Source of the DNA: Podarcis tiliguerta
Lineage: Eukaryota
Direction: 5' to 3' (one strand)
Assembly (NCBI GenBank): GCA_965153285.1
Contig: OZ229113.1
Length of the DNA stretch: 64,000 nt
The position numbers were made by a program, and so were the translations under genes. The notes under the pieces are model-generated. The model was not told the DNA's origin, did no database searches, and was given only the letters and a program-made list of their open reading frames with translations. Below, in pieces: positions 63,389 through 64,000 of this stretch (within the stretch, counting starts at the first letter, position 1; the number at the start of each line of letters is the position of its first letter).

Positions 63389-63709
63389 TCTAAAAAAATG
63401 TAGTATAAACACTGACAACTGGGAAACACTGGCCTGCAAGGGCACCAGTTGGAGAACAGCCTTTACCAAAGGTGTCATGGGCTTTGAAGACACTCAAACT
63501 CAGGATGCAAGGGAGAAACATGCTAAGAGGAAGGCACGCTTGGCAAATCCACACCGTGATCAACTCCCACCCGGAAACCAATGTCCCCACTGTGGAAGGA
63601 CGTGTGGATCCAGAATTGGCCTCCACAGTCACTTACGGACTCATTGTTAAAACCATGTTTATGGAAGACAATCTTATGGAAAACACGGCTACGAGTGATC
63701 GCCAAAGAA
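63389..63709 (+). mobile_element. RTE-clade LINE 3' fragment with C-terminal C2H2 zinc finger
   Basis: Frame 63390-63650 is open and reads LKKCSINTDNWETLACKGTSWRTAFTKGVMGFE...CPHCGRTCGSRIGLHSHLRTHC*, followed by a short 3' UTR ending gccaaagaa. It is absent from the supplied ORF track. Confidence 0.85.
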
Positions 63710-64000
63710 TTTGTGGGAATTGTAAGCACATTCCTCTATAGCCCTGCCTGGGGAGAATTCATGGCCAGGGAGGGAACTCTTCCATGTTCCAGAGTCTTAG
63801 AAATTAGTTTTGGCACCAGTGAAATGATTTATATGCCTAATTCTAAAATTGTGTGGCCACAAAGACTGCAATCAAGATATCTTTGGTGGTGAATAGCATA
63901 ATCCAAGGGGCTAAGCCATTCAAAATTTGGAATGACTTTTGAGTCCCAATAGTGGAATCCGGATTCTGTCACAGGCCCATAAAAATCCCTATATTTGACA

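Noticed and set aside
60944-64000. Start of the neighbouring CD101 gene
   Set aside because: No Ig-domain exon or convincing signal-peptide exon was seen.

Overview
Eukaryotic genomic DNA from a squamate reptile, probably a lacertid lizard judging from its SINE families. The window is dominated by one + strand gene, PTGFRN (CD9P-1/EWI-F/CD315). Eight coding exons (equivalent to exons 2-9) lie between 9167 and 57342, all joined by phase-1 GT-AG introns. They encode six V-type Ig domains, a transmembrane helix and the tail ...CCKKEVQETRRERRRLMSMEMD. A 3' UTR of about 2.9 kb probably ends after AATAAA at 60186. Exon 1 (start codon and most of the signal peptide) was not found and is probably upstream of the window. 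The introns and 3' flank carry typical squamate repeats: Sauria SINEs, a tRNA-Lys/CR1-tail SINE, CR1, L2 and RTE LINE fragments, Tigger-like and hAT-like MITEs with target-site duplications, and a probable solo LTR. Nearly all other ORFs in the supplied track look like noise. The most interesting unexplained signal is a candidate alternative last exon in intron 6 (about 47851-48000). It has three tandem acceptors, one per reading frame, one of which encodes a new transmembrane anchor, and its own poly(A) signal. That candidate and the other isoform ideas below are inferences that need transcript data. Family names and human-protein comparisons come from recall, not database searches.
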